This document shows, piece by piece, positions 19,726 through 29,446 of a stretch of DNA of 64,000 nucleotides. Within the stretch, counting starts at the first letter, position 1. Each line of letters begins with the position of its first letter. The notes beneath the pieces were generated by a model. The model worked only from the letters and a program-made list of their open reading frames with translations, was not told where the DNA came from and searched no databases. Source of the DNA: an uncultured virus (IMG/VR IMGVR_UViG_3300030202_002218) (Duplodnaviria > Heunggongvirae > Uroviricota > Caudoviricetes); the IMG/VR virus record IMGVR_UViG_3300030202_002218; one strand, 5' to 3'. The translations under genes were made by a program, and so were the position numbers.

Positions 19726-20642
19726 TCGCTCACCTGTATTGCATATTTTGGACAAAGTTCAAGGTAATCACAATAACCACACTTGAAATCCTGTTGGGTC
19801 GGGGGGAACTGTTCGTCAAGATACATCTTTATCAAATCTTTGACACGCTTCATTATTGCCTTTTCACTAACTGATTTGACTTTCTCACTCATCCAGTTGT
19901 CCGCGGCTGAAAATCTCCATCCCCAATGTGTGACGGCGCGGTCGATATTGCGTTCTTTCAAATAATCACTATCGCAATTATCAATCAAGAATTTGTAATA
20001 CGCCATTTCTTTCCTCATCTCGGTTGCTTTAGCATCAGCCCATTTACCAGTCTTCAATTCAAACAACATCAATCCACCATCGGGTGCTTCAAAGATACGG
20101 TCAATGATACCAACAAACTGAACGGGTATAGTTCCATACCCCTCAACATTCATATCAATCTTTACATCAATACGAACTTCATTAGCGAGAGGCATAGGGT
20201 TATCCTTTGCAAGTTTCATTCGCGCGTTTTCAAACTCCATAAGCCAGTTCATGTTGTAGTAGTAATCGTCACTATAAAACGGAAAATCTTTATTTTCCGC
20301 GCGACGATTATTTACAATAACTTTCTCGGAAGGAATCAACTTCTTGAGATAATCTGTAAGTTCTGCACCTTGTTCAATCATTTTTTGGATGATTTTCATT
20401 TGATGCTTGTTGCTTTCAATTGATTGATAGAATAGGTCGAGTCCGTTGTGAACATCGTCACCAAGAACAAGGTGTTTTACCAACCCTTGAGGTTTAGGAA
20501 AGTTTTGTTGCAACCACATCTGTTGCGCGCACCATCCAAGTGAGCCAGCAGTTGACTTGCTCATCCGAATGATGATACCATCTTTACCCATTTCGGGTGT
20601 CCATGCATAACTTGAGCCGTCATCGTAAATCTTCACTGTCAC
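19722..20642 (-). CDS. Cas4-like / RecB-family PD-(D/E)XK exonuclease
   Basis: N-terminal Cys, G..VH, GIIDR, ELKTG and C-terminal CGYCDYLELC Fe-S motif; no CRISPR locus in the window. Confidence 0.85.
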   Translation of the reverse strand: MTVKIYDDGSSYAWTPEMGKDGIIIRMSKSTAGSLGWCAQQMWLQQNFPKPQGLVKHLVLGDDVHNGLDLFYQSIESNKHQMKIIQKMIEQGAELTDYLKKLIPSEKVIVNNRRAENKDFPFYSDDYYYNMNWLMEFENARMKLAKDNPMPLANEVRIDVKIDMNVEGYGTIPVQFVGIIDRIFEAPDGGLMLFELKTGKWADAKATEMRKEMAYYKFLIDNCDSDYLKERNIDRAVTHWGWRFSAADNWMSEKVKSVSEKAIMKRVKDLIKMYLDEQFPPTQQDFKCGYCDYLELCPKYAIQVSE

Positions 20643-20842
20643 GCCTTCACCTCCACGCCATAGTGCTTCAAGTCAAAGATAATCTCATCGAACGAAGCAT
20701 AGCCGTATTCTGCATCTTCGCCATCAATCGCACCTGCAAGAATCCCAATCAACACTTCAAGCGCATAATCTTCACGCCATCCGTAATGACATTCACATTC
20801 ATGCTTAATCCATTTCATCAGTTTTTCTTTTGTATCACTCAT
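20639..20842 (-). CDS. Hypothetical protein
   Basis: 67 aa with coupled start/stop overlaps on both sides. Confidence 0.6.
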   Translation of the reverse strand: MSDTKEKLMKWIKHECECHYGWREDYALEVLIGILAGAIDGEDAEYGYASFDEIIFDLKHYGVEVKA

Positions 20843-21228
20843 GTTCTCAACTCCTTTTCTTCTCTTTCGTATTTGTATTCCTCATAGCAATGGCCGCAAA
20901 GACGAACTACAAGTTCCCTATGTTGAGGAATAAAGCGTAGTGGTTTTGTATTCTCTTTGTCAACCCACATCAATTTTCCTGTAAGCAAATTACGGCGTTG
21001 GAGATTATCAACAACCCACTCTTCTTCATCGGTAGGCGCGCCGCACGATTGACATTGCAAGTATGTGCAGTTGTCACCTGTGCAATCACCTTTCATGTGT
21101 GAATTTTCACCGGAACCACCATCACACCAACAATCGCAACCATCGCCGGAGCGATGACCGCATTCAAGTTGAGGTGTGTGGTAATCATCGTATGCTCCCC
21201 AATCCATTCCGGGTGGGTAGTTATCCAT
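20839..21228 (-). CDS. Cys-rich hypothetical protein
   Basis: Probable start MDNYPPG after GGAGG; several CxC/CxxC motifs. Confidence 0.6.
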   Translation of the reverse strand: MDNYPPGMDWGAYDDYHTPQLECGHRSGDGCDCWCDGGSGENSHMKGDCTGDNCTYLQCQSCGAPTDEEEWVVDNLQRRNLLTGKLMWVDKENTKPLRFIPQHRELVVRLCGHCYEEYKYEREEKELRT

Positions 21229-21514
21229 GAAACGGCCTCCCCGAATCATCTTGTCTTAGTAGTTCATTGTCCATTCTTTTTAGCGCGGCTAATTTTGAAC
21301 GCTTCATGCTGTCTGTGTCAACCATGTAAAGTTCTTCATCTAATTCATAGGTTTGAATCGTGATGACTGTCGCTGATGGAATGAGAAGGTAGTCATCTCC
21401 TTCTCTCTTCAATCCGATGTAGTCTGTAAGTAGCGCATCGCCAAAGAATAATTGTCCTTCTGCGTATTTTATGCTCTTTGTTCCTGTTTCAAAGTATTCT
21501 ATTTTTGCTTTCAT
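21221..21514 (-). CDS. Hypothetical protein
   Basis: 97 aa, AGGTGA SD. Confidence 0.6.
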   Translation of the reverse strand: MKAKIEYFETGTKSIKYAEGQLFFGDALLTDYIGLKREGDDYLLIPSATVITIQTYELDEELYMVDTDSMKRSKLAALKRMDNELLRQDDSGRPFHG

Positions 21515-21634
21515 TTAATCACCTTGTAATGTTCTTGTTATTCGTCCTTTTCCTTTAATCACTTTACCGCATTTGCATGGAGGGTTTCGGTCTTTTCTTA
21601 TGATAGAACCACACCTTATGCATCGGTCATTCAT
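21515..21634 (-). CDS. Cys-containing microprotein (39 aa, not in the track)
   Basis: MNDRCIRCGSIIRKDRNPPCKCGKV...; fills the gap exactly with an ATGA overlap. Confidence 0.5.
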   Translation of the reverse strand: MNDRCIRCGSIIRKDRNPPCKCGKVIKGKGRITRTLQGD

Positions 21635-21852
21635 TGCATACCCACCATTGTTGGAGCGTTGATTTTGTTAATCAAGTAAAGGTCGGGGAACTTGCGTCGC
21701 AGTTCTTCTTGTAGTTCACAAATCGCGCGAGCCATTTTATTTGTCGTGCGGTTCTCATCCATCATGACATCAATTTCATCATTGAGTCCTTGCACAAGTT
21801 CTTCAAGTTCTATTATTCGGGCTTCTAATTCTTTTATTTTTTCGTTTGTCAT
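21631..21852 (-). CDS. Coiled-coil protein
   Basis: Probable start MTNEKIKELE after GGTGA; heptad pattern. Confidence 0.6.
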   Translation of the reverse strand: MTNEKIKELEARIIELEELVQGLNDEIDVMMDENRTTNKMARAICELQEELRRKFPDLYLINKINAPTMVGMQ

Positions 21853-21856
21853 GGTA

Positions 21857-24223
21857 TCACCAATAAGTTGCGGGTCGGGGGGTTCCAATTGCGGCTTCAA
21901 TGTCCCAACCCAAGACATCGAATATACCGGAGATTTTTTTCTCAATGTGTTTCTTAAGAATGGCTTTTGAGTTTAGTTCAAATCCATCAATTTCAGCAGG
22001 TTCGCGATACGCGACAATATCTGTCGGCGGCAAACCACTTGGAACTGCTGAAACTTGTATCCATTGAACGGAGTCACCCGAAACAAACGGGTCACCCTTA
22101 GCCATGTGTTTGTTATAATATAGCGCGGCTCTTGATGCACCACTCGGAGTTTCAAACTTCTCCGGGTCATTACCAATCCGTGTCTGTGTTGTGACATTCT
22201 TCAAATCCATATTACCTAAACGAATAGGCATTGCTATCTCAAGAACGCTTGCTCTCACTTCGGCTTCGGATGCACCATCACATACAAGGTCAAGGACTGT
22301 GCCTTCAATCTCCTTACTGATAGGTGCAAGACTGCTACCTTTCATGAAGTTAGCAGTCTTCATTTTACCAGCGTCTTCGGGAGGATAAGATACCTTACCA
22401 GCGTAGCGATTCTTACCAGCCAATAACCAGTAAGGCATGTATGCTTCAACCTCCGCGACAAGTTTGGTATTACCAGTTGTTTGTTGAACTACATTGGTAA
22501 TACGCGCGGCCAGTGATTCTGCTTTGTCAAGTGGCACTTGGATGAAAGCGGAGTCAGTGAAACCATAGAGAACATTATACCCAAGACGAGTGGCAACTGT
22601 ATCAAGTAGTGCAATGCATCGTCGTCCTTCGGATAGAATCGTTTCAGCAATGTCGAGGTCAGCCCAGCCAAACCCAACACTTGCTGTCGCACCATACAGA
22701 CTCGCCATTACGCGTTTTACTGCGGCTTGAGTTGTATTCCAAGCGGCACGAATCTCTTTAGACTTTGCTTCGCGCATTCGTTGTTTGCATAATGCTCGGT
22801 ATTCAAAGAGGTCGTCAACAACTTGAGGTAGTATGCCTTTCTGTGTTTGGTCCCAAAAAGTTCCGTTCTCCATCTCAAGAATACCTTCACCCGGTCCATC
22901 TCGCTTCGTTGTATAGCATAGATTGAACCCTGTCATTAGTGATGGATACAGACCTTTGTAGTCAATAACGCACACATCTTCATACAAACCGTTCTCTTTG
23001 AGAATGAACTCCGCGCCTTGAATATCGGGCTTCATCACATTCATGCGAGTAGGAGCAATCAACTCGGTTTTACGACCAAGAAGACCGCGCATAAAATTCG
23101 ATACATTCGTTGCTGATTGAATTGATACACCACATAGGCGAACCATCTCAACAAAGAAGTCAGTCACATTACGCGCTTCATCAATTCCACGAAGAAGAAC
23201 GGTGTCAAGCAAACAATATTCAACAAACTCGGTCCAATACTTATACCATCCATTATGAACATCCATACCGTCAATCTCTTCGGTTAGTTTAGAACCAAGC
23301 CCAAGTGTTTCAGCAATAGTATTCAACTTGCGGTTAGGTAGTTGACCACCACCGCTATCTTTCCAAACTCGCTCAAATCCTGTGCCGGATGAAGCAGGTG
23401 CGGCAGTATCAAACTGCCATCGACCTGCTATCGGTTGGTCATCAAATCGGTATCTATCACCTTTCTTCGGGTATCGGATAACTTGGAGAGGACTCAACTT
23501 AGATGCACCACCATGACCATGAATCTTGTCAAGGCGTTCAATCATGTGAGGGATGTCAAAGAATGTTCCCGCGTGAGCAATCATCATGTCGGGGTTGCGC
23601 TCGTTGAGGAACTCGATGAAGTGATGATAAAGGGCTTCTTCGGAGTTGAAGAGTTCAATATCAAATGTTGTGTCGCGAACCTTTCTATCCAAAATGCGAT
23701 ACGCGCCTGTTGGATTGTCAAGTTTGTCAAGCCACGGACAGTTCGTTCGTTCATCAGCCCATGCAAAAACAACGGGCTTCTTGAGGTCGGAGTCGATGAC
23801 AGCAATAACAGTGGTGAAGTTGTCGTCGCCAGTGTTGCACTCAATATCATACCACCACTTGCGCGGTTTCCACTTCGGCATCTTAGTGCATTCTTCAACT
23901 AAGTATTGGTCAATAAAACGCATATCGCCTTCGTATGTCTTGCTGAACATATTCTTCATCTGCACAATATCATAAGGATTATCCGTTTCAACTCTCCAAA
24001 GAGTAGCACCATCAAGCCCTTCGTATGTTTTTTCCTTGCGCACTTTAGAAGCAGGGAATGAACGCTTGAGTTGCTTGAGTCGGAACTCCGGTGTTGATGC
24101 TGGAATATACATGTGAGGTTTGTAGTCGTTAATGGTATATTCAATCAACGCACCCGTTTCATCACGGAATCGGTTGTAGATTGTTGGTGGTCGGTCATCG
24201 TGGTAAATAGCATCACTTATCAT
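21857..24223 (-). CDS. polB: Family B DNA polymerase
   Basis: Exo motifs YDIE, FFDIP and YCLLD; polymerase motifs DYKGLYPS, KRVMASLYG, YGFTDS and KNRYAG. Confidence 0.95.
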   Translation of the reverse strand: MISDAIYHDDRPPTIYNRFRDETGALIEYTINDYKPHMYIPASTPEFRLKQLKRSFPASKVRKEKTYEGLDGATLWRVETDNPYDIVQMKNMFSKTYEGDMRFIDQYLVEECTKMPKWKPRKWWYDIECNTGDDNFTTVIAVIDSDLKKPVVFAWADERTNCPWLDKLDNPTGAYRILDRKVRDTTFDIELFNSEEALYHHFIEFLNERNPDMMIAHAGTFFDIPHMIERLDKIHGHGGASKLSPLQVIRYPKKGDRYRFDDQPIAGRWQFDTAAPASSGTGFERVWKDSGGGQLPNRKLNTIAETLGLGSKLTEEIDGMDVHNGWYKYWTEFVEYCLLDTVLLRGIDEARNVTDFFVEMVRLCGVSIQSATNVSNFMRGLLGRKTELIAPTRMNVMKPDIQGAEFILKENGLYEDVCVIDYKGLYPSLMTGFNLCYTTKRDGPGEGILEMENGTFWDQTQKGILPQVVDDLFEYRALCKQRMREAKSKEIRAAWNTTQAAVKRVMASLYGATASVGFGWADLDIAETILSEGRRCIALLDTVATRLGYNVLYGFTDSAFIQVPLDKAESLAARITNVVQQTTGNTKLVAEVEAYMPYWLLAGKNRYAGKVSYPPEDAGKMKTANFMKGSSLAPISKEIEGTVLDLVCDGASEAEVRASVLEIAMPIRLGNMDLKNVTTQTRIGNDPEKFETPSGASRAALYYNKHMAKGDPFVSGDSVQWIQVSAVPSGLPPTDIVAYREPAEIDGFELNSKAILKKHIEKKISGIFDVLGWDIEAAIGTPRPATYW

Positions 24224-24414
24224 TGTTCCACCTCTTTTTCTATGATTTTGAATCCTTCTTTAGTTGCCTCTCCATACAAGACATCAATACCACATCTGTA
24301 TTTGCTATGAACCATGCTTGCTATTTGCATGACAGTTTCAAGCCAATCGTTAGGTGTGTCAATAGGCACACCTGCATCACTTGTTAGTTGAATAACTAAT
24401 GTTGGATACTTCAT
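24220..24414 (-). CDS. Hypothetical protein
   Basis: 64 aa with ATGA overlaps on both sides. Confidence 0.55.
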   Translation of the reverse strand: MKYPTLVIQLTSDAGVPIDTPNDWLETVMQIASMVHSKYRCGIDVLYGEATKEGFKIIEKEVEQ

Positions 24415-25166
24415 TGGTCAGCACCCTCTTGATGTTTAAGGACAAGAACTGCGGCTACTTCCGAATGTTTTAGGATTAGCGCGCTCTTCATTCCCATGTG
24501 GAAAATGATAGTTCCGCTCGGCATGATGTTAACCAACTTAGGAAAATGTGAACCGAATACAGTTTCGCACGATTCTTTGTATTGAGTATCAATCTCAATT
24601 TGTCGAGTCATCCTTGCGCCTCGTTTAGTGCCAGCAGTAATCGTCATTTCTTGGTCTTCGATAGACACACGAATCGGAGCATCCTTACCAACAACCTTAG
24701 TCATTGATGATATACCACGAAGTTCTTCCATAGTCATATTACCATGAGCCTGTATTTTAGCGCGACCAAGAGATTTCCAATCATCTTGCGAAGACATAGA
24801 TAGTGCTAATTTCGCGCGGTCCACAGTTGTATATGATATGATGTGGTCGTGTGTTGGTGTGCTGAACTCATCGTTGCCGTTTCTTAGTGTAAGCGTATTA
24901 CCTACATGTTGCATGACTGTATTATCTTCTTTGCATGTTTTAAGAAACGCGCCAACCTTGTGAACATCGGGGACATACACAGTTCCGGCTTTGTAATCTT
25001 CCATGTGAATACCAATACTCTTGGTGAAGTAATGCGTAGCAGTGTCAACGGAACCTGTCAATTTCATATCAGCAATGTCACAACGAAGGTCATTAACACC
25101 TTCACCAAACCCTGTCATGAAAGCCCAAAGAGAATCATTATTGAATGTCGCTTTTGCAAAACTCAT
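24411..25166 (-). CDS. PCNA-like sliding clamp
   Basis: 251 aa with two-domain alpha/beta periodicity, beside PolB and in the same module as RFC; sequence is divergent. Confidence 0.6.
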   Translation of the reverse strand: MSFAKATFNNDSLWAFMTGFGEGVNDLRCDIADMKLTGSVDTATHYFTKSIGIHMEDYKAGTVYVPDVHKVGAFLKTCKEDNTVMQHVGNTLTLRNGNDEFSTPTHDHIISYTTVDRAKLALSMSSQDDWKSLGRAKIQAHGNMTMEELRGISSMTKVVGKDAPIRVSIEDQEMTITAGTKRGARMTRQIEIDTQYKESCETVFGSHFPKLVNIMPSGTIIFHMGMKSALILKHSEVAAVLVLKHQEGADQ

Positions 25167-25312
25167 TCAATCACTTCTCCTGTTTCAACAAGATGGATAC
25201 ACGCGCATTTTTCACAGACGGGTATATCAGTATCAGTTCCAACGGGTTCAAATTCACCCTTTGCTCCGCATAGTCTTGGTTTTGTTTTTCCTTTAATGTG
25301 TTTCTTAGTCAT
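25163..25312 (-). CDS. Cys-containing microprotein (49 aa, not in the track)
   Basis: MTKKHIKGKTKPRLCGAKG...VCEKCACIH...; fills the gap with coupled overlaps. Confidence 0.5.
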   Translation of the reverse strand: MTKKHIKGKTKPRLCGAKGEFEPVGTDTDIPVCEKCACIHLVETGEVIE

Positions 25313-25667
25313 CAGTAATCATCTCCTTAACAAGCCGTAGGCAAACGCAATCGTGAAACTTGATGTATTCTTCCTTCGTATCGGGATGAATCAATCGTTC
25401 TTGAACCGCGCCTGTTCCTTTGCATTGAGGGCATGTAGAGTCTGCTTTCATCACCCATCGTTGAAAGATACAATGACAAGGTTCGTTGATGAATTCAACA
25501 TCAACGGCTTCGCCTTCATAGTTTCTTACTGGTGATTCTGTCCAAACAAATCCACTGCCTCCACAGTCTTGACAAGCGGGGTCGGCTTCCCATTCGGGTT
25601 CATCTTCCGCGCTACGCTGAACTGCTTTGTTGTGTGCAGGTGTGCCTGTTTTTTTCCATTCGTTCAT
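25305..25667 (-). CDS. DnaJ-type zinc-finger (CxxCxGxG) protein
   Basis: CQDCGGSG...CHC and CPQCKGTG...CVC; probable start MNEWKK at 25667. Confidence 0.65.
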   Translation of the reverse strand: MNEWKKTGTPAHNKAVQRSAEDEPEWEADPACQDCGGSGFVWTESPVRNYEGEAVDVEFINEPCHCIFQRWVMKADSTCPQCKGTGAVQERLIHPDTKEEYIKFHDCVCLRLVKEMITDD

Positions 25668-26689
25668 AACTGACCCTCTCGTAGTTCGGGCAAACCAAAC
25701 CACTCCGGGGACGCATTCTGCTTCGTGACCATGATTGTTCTTCGCTGGTCAAGTAGGTCAGCGTTCGTTTTACATTTAACGAACTCGACCTCGTAGCGTG
25801 TTTCTCCCGTAGGTTTGCTATCATCTCCGCGCACCTTTTTCTTGTGGAAATATAGTATTTGGTTAAGATAGTTTGCTGTATGTTTTTCCCATGCTGGTTT
25901 CTTACCAATGACATTACCACTCTTGTCCTGTAATTCTTTGAAGTGAGATTCAAAATAGACGCGGACTCCAAGTGACATCAAAGTTCGTGCAATTGTGGTG
26001 AGTTGGTGGAATCGTGTGGAACGAATCTGCCAATTGAAACGCATCCCGACTTGTAGGTGAGGTTCAACCTTAGCACCGATACCATCGGGTGCAGTCCCTA
26101 AGTCTTCAATGAACATACAGTTCTTCGCAACTTCATCCCATAGGTCAATTGCTGTGAACAAGACTGAATGTAGTCGTGGTTTGTCACCGGGGTTAGCGGC
26201 CCAATCAACAAGAGTCTGTCCAACTTTCATCACGCGTCTGTGTGTTGCTGGATAGTCGATTGCTTCACGGATTTCACCATCTTCATCGAATGTTTCAAAC
26301 ATGACATTAGGGTTAAGACAACGAATGTTGTTAGCAAACTCACGGTGATGAGTCACGCGGGTTGTCTGTCCACCACCATCGAAATCAAGGCAGAAGATTA
26401 CATCTCCGCGCTTCTTTTCTTCTTCGGTCATGCTGTCAAGAACGATACCTGTCTTACCGACTCCTTCCGGTCCAACAAGTCCAGCGAAAATCATGTTGTT
26501 AGGAACATGCTTACCAGCGTTGACAATTTCATCCCAAACGGATTGGGCTATTGGTCTGCTATCGCTTTTCTTTTCTTCAACCAAAGCAACCGGAACTGTT
26601 TCTCCGGTGTTTGGGTCAAATTGGTCTTTAGGTCCAACTTGTGGGTGTGTCAGTTTGGCTTGTTTTTTCAAATCGTTTAGGTTTGGCAT
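25664..26689 (-). CDS. RecA-superfamily ATPase (AAA_24/Sak4-like recombination protein)
   Basis: Walker A GPEGVGKT, LDFDGG; adjacent to an SSB-like gene. Confidence 0.7.
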   Translation of the reverse strand: MPNLNDLKKQAKLTHPQVGPKDQFDPNTGETVPVALVEEKKSDSRPIAQSVWDEIVNAGKHVPNNMIFAGLVGPEGVGKTGIVLDSMTEEEKKRGDVIFCLDFDGGGQTTRVTHHREFANNIRCLNPNVMFETFDEDGEIREAIDYPATHRRVMKVGQTLVDWAANPGDKPRLHSVLFTAIDLWDEVAKNCMFIEDLGTAPDGIGAKVEPHLQVGMRFNWQIRSTRFHQLTTIARTLMSLGVRVYFESHFKELQDKSGNVIGKKPAWEKHTANYLNQILYFHKKKVRGDDSKPTGETRYEVEFVKCKTNADLLDQRRTIMVTKQNASPEWFGLPELREGQL

Positions 26690-26694
26690 TCATT

Positions 26695-28020
26695 TCACTC
26701 TCCATATTGTGTTGTTGATGTGTCGCCGCCTTCACCAGCAGGGATGACGAGGCGTGGGACTGCGAAGACTCCAAAGGTTTTGATTGCCGGTTGAGGTCCG
26801 TCATCTGTGACGCGCACACTCAATCGACCAAAGACAATGACTGTGGATTTAACAGCGTAAGATTTCCAGCCTTCGTCAGTAGCATAATCAAATGGATGAC
26901 CGTCATCACCGAGTAGTCCGTGAACATAGCAAGGTATGTTTTGTCGTCGTGATTCACTAAAATTGCGAGCAAGGTCGAATGATGTGACACTCATAGAGTA
27001 GTCGTGACCCGATGGGTCCCATTCGGTTTCGCGTGCTTCTTTTCTCATATCACTCACTTTACCACGAATGAAGACAAGAGGGCCTACCGGATTATAACCG
27101 GGGACATTTTCTTGTCGTGTTTCAAACACTTCGTTGAGGGTTGATAAGTCCTTGATGTAGTTGTCAAGGTCGGGAATCAACTTGTCCGGTTTGATTGCAT
27201 TGCGGACATGTTCATCAACAAAATCATTACCGTAGGTCAAAGCACCGGGTAGGGCAAAAGTGTTGTATGTATCAGCCCATTCGGGTTTGACATTCGCTGA
27301 TTGAGCGCGCACTTTGATTGTGCATTCGCTGAACAATTGAGGGATGAACCACTCATCGGGGTCACTTGATGTCACAGTTAAGCGCAGGTTTCTTTGGTCA
27401 TCCAAGAAGTTATCTTTCTCATTACCGAGGAAGTAGTAAGTTCGTTGGTATCGGTATGGTGTAATTGGTTCACCATAGCGTGACCATTCGGGGTTGTTCT
27501 GTAAGATTGCAAGTTGAAGACCATTCTCTTCATACAAGAACCACGGCTTCGCGTCTGCTGATTCTTCAGTAGCGACTACACCGTCTTTCTTCTCAAGCAT
27601 CCAAACACCGTTCTCGGTGTAAGCGCGTGCTACAAGTCCTTGTTGGATTGCTCCGTCAAGGTCATTCAAAGCGGCGGCAACAGCAGGGTTGCGCTTGCGT
27701 TCTTGTCCATCTCTCATCTTAGGGTCAACACCGACAAAGTATCCAACAAGTTCAACTGCGTTCTGCGCAGTTCCAGTCATAACTCGTCGCTCAACCACGA
27801 AGGTTTCTGCGGCATCAATCATGAAGTCATCTTCTTCATCGTTCGGGTTGGAAACACCGAGTTCAGTCATAAGGTAAGTGAAAAATTCACCTGTTGCGTC
27901 ATCAAGTGTCTTGTTGTGCTTTTCAGCCCACCACTTTAATCGCTCCTCGACTTCGGGGTGTAGGCCCGCGTCCTTGTTTTGGTCATCATTTCTGTCTTCG
28001 TTTGGGTTTAGGTTTGGCAT
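26695..28020 (-). CDS. RPA-like OB-fold ssDNA-binding protein
   Basis: Probable start MPNLNP after GGAGG; OB-like strands (VFIRGKVSD, IVFGRL, FGVFAV); acidic; replisome context. Confidence 0.55.
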   Translation of the reverse strand: MPNLNPNEDRNDDQNKDAGLHPEVEERLKWWAEKHNKTLDDATGEFFTYLMTELGVSNPNDEEDDFMIDAAETFVVERRVMTGTAQNAVELVGYFVGVDPKMRDGQERKRNPAVAAALNDLDGAIQQGLVARAYTENGVWMLEKKDGVVATEESADAKPWFLYEENGLQLAILQNNPEWSRYGEPITPYRYQRTYYFLGNEKDNFLDDQRNLRLTVTSSDPDEWFIPQLFSECTIKVRAQSANVKPEWADTYNTFALPGALTYGNDFVDEHVRNAIKPDKLIPDLDNYIKDLSTLNEVFETRQENVPGYNPVGPLVFIRGKVSDMRKEARETEWDPSGHDYSMSVTSFDLARNFSESRRQNIPCYVHGLLGDDGHPFDYATDEGWKSYAVKSTVIVFGRLSVRVTDDGPQPAIKTFGVFAVPRLVIPAGEGGDTSTTQYGE

Positions 28021-28022
28021 AT

Positions 28023-28907
28023 TTATTCCTCCATTTTTTGTGTGTCTTCGGTGCATAGCGTCCCGATAAAATAGTCGATAAACGACTCATCATTAAGGGG
28101 CCATCGGTGCATTCGTAATACGAAATTACCCCATACAGCGAAGAAGGCATATAAACTTTGTGAAGTCATCCCTACGGATTTCACATGTTCGTGGATTTTG
28201 CGCATCACCATGTGTAGTGATACGCCCTCCCGAACCATCTCAAGCATAGTTCGGTGAGTTGACTCCCAATCACCAGCGGCGATGTCGAGAGCAAGTGAGT
28301 CAAAGTTGGTTTGTGAATCGGATAATTTGCGACCACTCATGATGTGATTACCGATAGCGCGAAGGTCACCACCGTAGTATGAATGCAGTGCGTCGGGGCT
28401 GTCCTCCGAGGACAGTCCTTGCGTCGAAAGTAAGAGTTCTGCATACGCGCGCACTTGGTTTTGATTGTAAGGCTTGAACCTAAACTGAACACAGCGTGAT
28501 TTGATGGCGGGGATTACACCACCATCATCGTTGCATGTGAGAATCCACCAGCATTGGCTCTTCTCCATCATGCGCTTCAAGGCTTCTTGTGCAGGTTTGG
28601 TCATTCCTTCAAACTCATCAAGAAGGATAAGTCGTCTTGACCAAAGCGAACTGCTCAATGCAATCTCTTTGATTTTGTTTCGCACTGCGTCGATACCTCG
28701 GTCATCGGATGCATTCATCTCGATGAGGTCAAGGTCCAATTCGTTCGCAATAAGATAAGCGGCTGTCGTTTTACCGAGGCCGGGGTTGCCACTGAAAAGC
28801 AGACATTGGGGGCTATCACTTTCCCACTCGTCAAGATAGAAGAGCGGGTTGTTAGGGTCATTGTGGCCGATGAACTCGGCAATGTTTCGGGGTTTGTGTT
28901 CGGGCAT
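28023..28907 (-). CDS. rfcS: Replication factor C small subunit (clamp loader)
   Basis: HKP, LLFSGNPGLGKTT, EMNASDDRGID, LDEFEGMT..AQ.AL, SRC and GDLR motifs. Confidence 0.92.
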   Translation of the reverse strand: MPEHKPRNIAEFIGHNDPNNPLFYLDEWESDSPQCLLFSGNPGLGKTTAAYLIANELDLDLIEMNASDDRGIDAVRNKIKEIALSSSLWSRRLILLDEFEGMTKPAQEALKRMMEKSQCWWILTCNDDGGVIPAIKSRCVQFRFKPYNQNQVRAYAELLLSTQGLSSEDSPDALHSYYGGDLRAIGNHIMSGRKLSDSQTNFDSLALDIAAGDWESTHRTMLEMVREGVSLHMVMRKIHEHVKSVGMTSQSLYAFFAVWGNFVLRMHRWPLNDESFIDYFIGTLCTEDTQKMEE

Positions 28908-28931
28908 GTTTTTTCCTCAATCCCTCGGTAG

Positions 28932-28958
28932 GGTTTGGTGCTTCCCTTATAAGGGGTC
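28932..28958 (-). promoter_or_regulatory. 27-bp repeated promoter element with palindromic TATA core, copy 1
   Basis: GGTTTGGTGCTTCCCTTATAAGGGGTC is identical to 49597-49623; core CCCTTATAAGGG is a perfect palindrome; upstream of the RFC operon. Confidence 0.75.
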
Positions 28959-28984
28959 CACGACGCACGCCGTTTCCCCCACAC

Positions 28985-29075
28985 TTTTTCTCGATATTAT
29001 TAGATTATTATTATAAGAATAATAGACTTTATCTTTACAATAATAAAACGATATTATTGATAATCCAAAATGAAT
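28985..29075. promoter_or_regulatory. AT-rich intergenic island
   Basis: Nearly pure A/T tract; TTTCTCGATATTAT (28987-29000) is the exact reverse complement of 57175-57188. Confidence 0.5.
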
Positions 29076-29080
29076 TAGCG

Positions 29081-29446
29081 TCAATCCGCACTTTCACTGT
29101 TGTCAATGAGGTTGATGATGTCCTCTATCTTTTCATGCGTGGGGTTGCGGTGCTTGTAATCCATCAATCGAATCATCTTGAGCATGTTGTCTATGTCTGC
29201 AACATGTTGTTTGACAGGTGTGAGTATGCGTATCAGTTGTTTGATTAGTGTTGGGTCTTTGAGGATGCGTGCATTGATACCTTGAGTGGATAGCCACATG
29301 TTGAGGGCGGGTTCATCCTTTCGTGATACCAGCACGCGTCTTGCTACACGGTATCCTATTCGTGTCTTGGGTGCGAAGTGAACGCTAAGTTGGAATCGGC
29401 ATTCTCTTGCCAGCCATCCGAGGAAGAAACTGTCGTCATCCATCAC
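29081..29446 (-). CDS. Single-motif LAGLIDADG-like DNA-binding protein
   Basis: N-terminal FFLGWLARECRF followed by beta strands and LI..L.P pattern; degenerate motif. Confidence 0.55.
   Translation of the reverse strand: MMDDDSFFLGWLARECRFQLSVHFAPKTRIGYRVARRVLVSRKDEPALNMWLSTQGINARILKDPTLIKQLIRILTPVKQHVADIDNMLKMIRLMDYKHRNPTHEKIEDIINLIDNSESAD

Noticed and set aside
19722..20642. Cas4-like gene as evidence for a CRISPR-Cas system
   Set aside because: No repeat-spacer array or other cas genes were seen; solo Cas4-like nucleases are common in archaeal virus replication modules.
26675..28020. Identical first 15 nt (MPNLN) of the ATPase and RPA-like genes
   Set aside because: Only two occurrences and no further similarity; may be chance or a translation-initiation preference.
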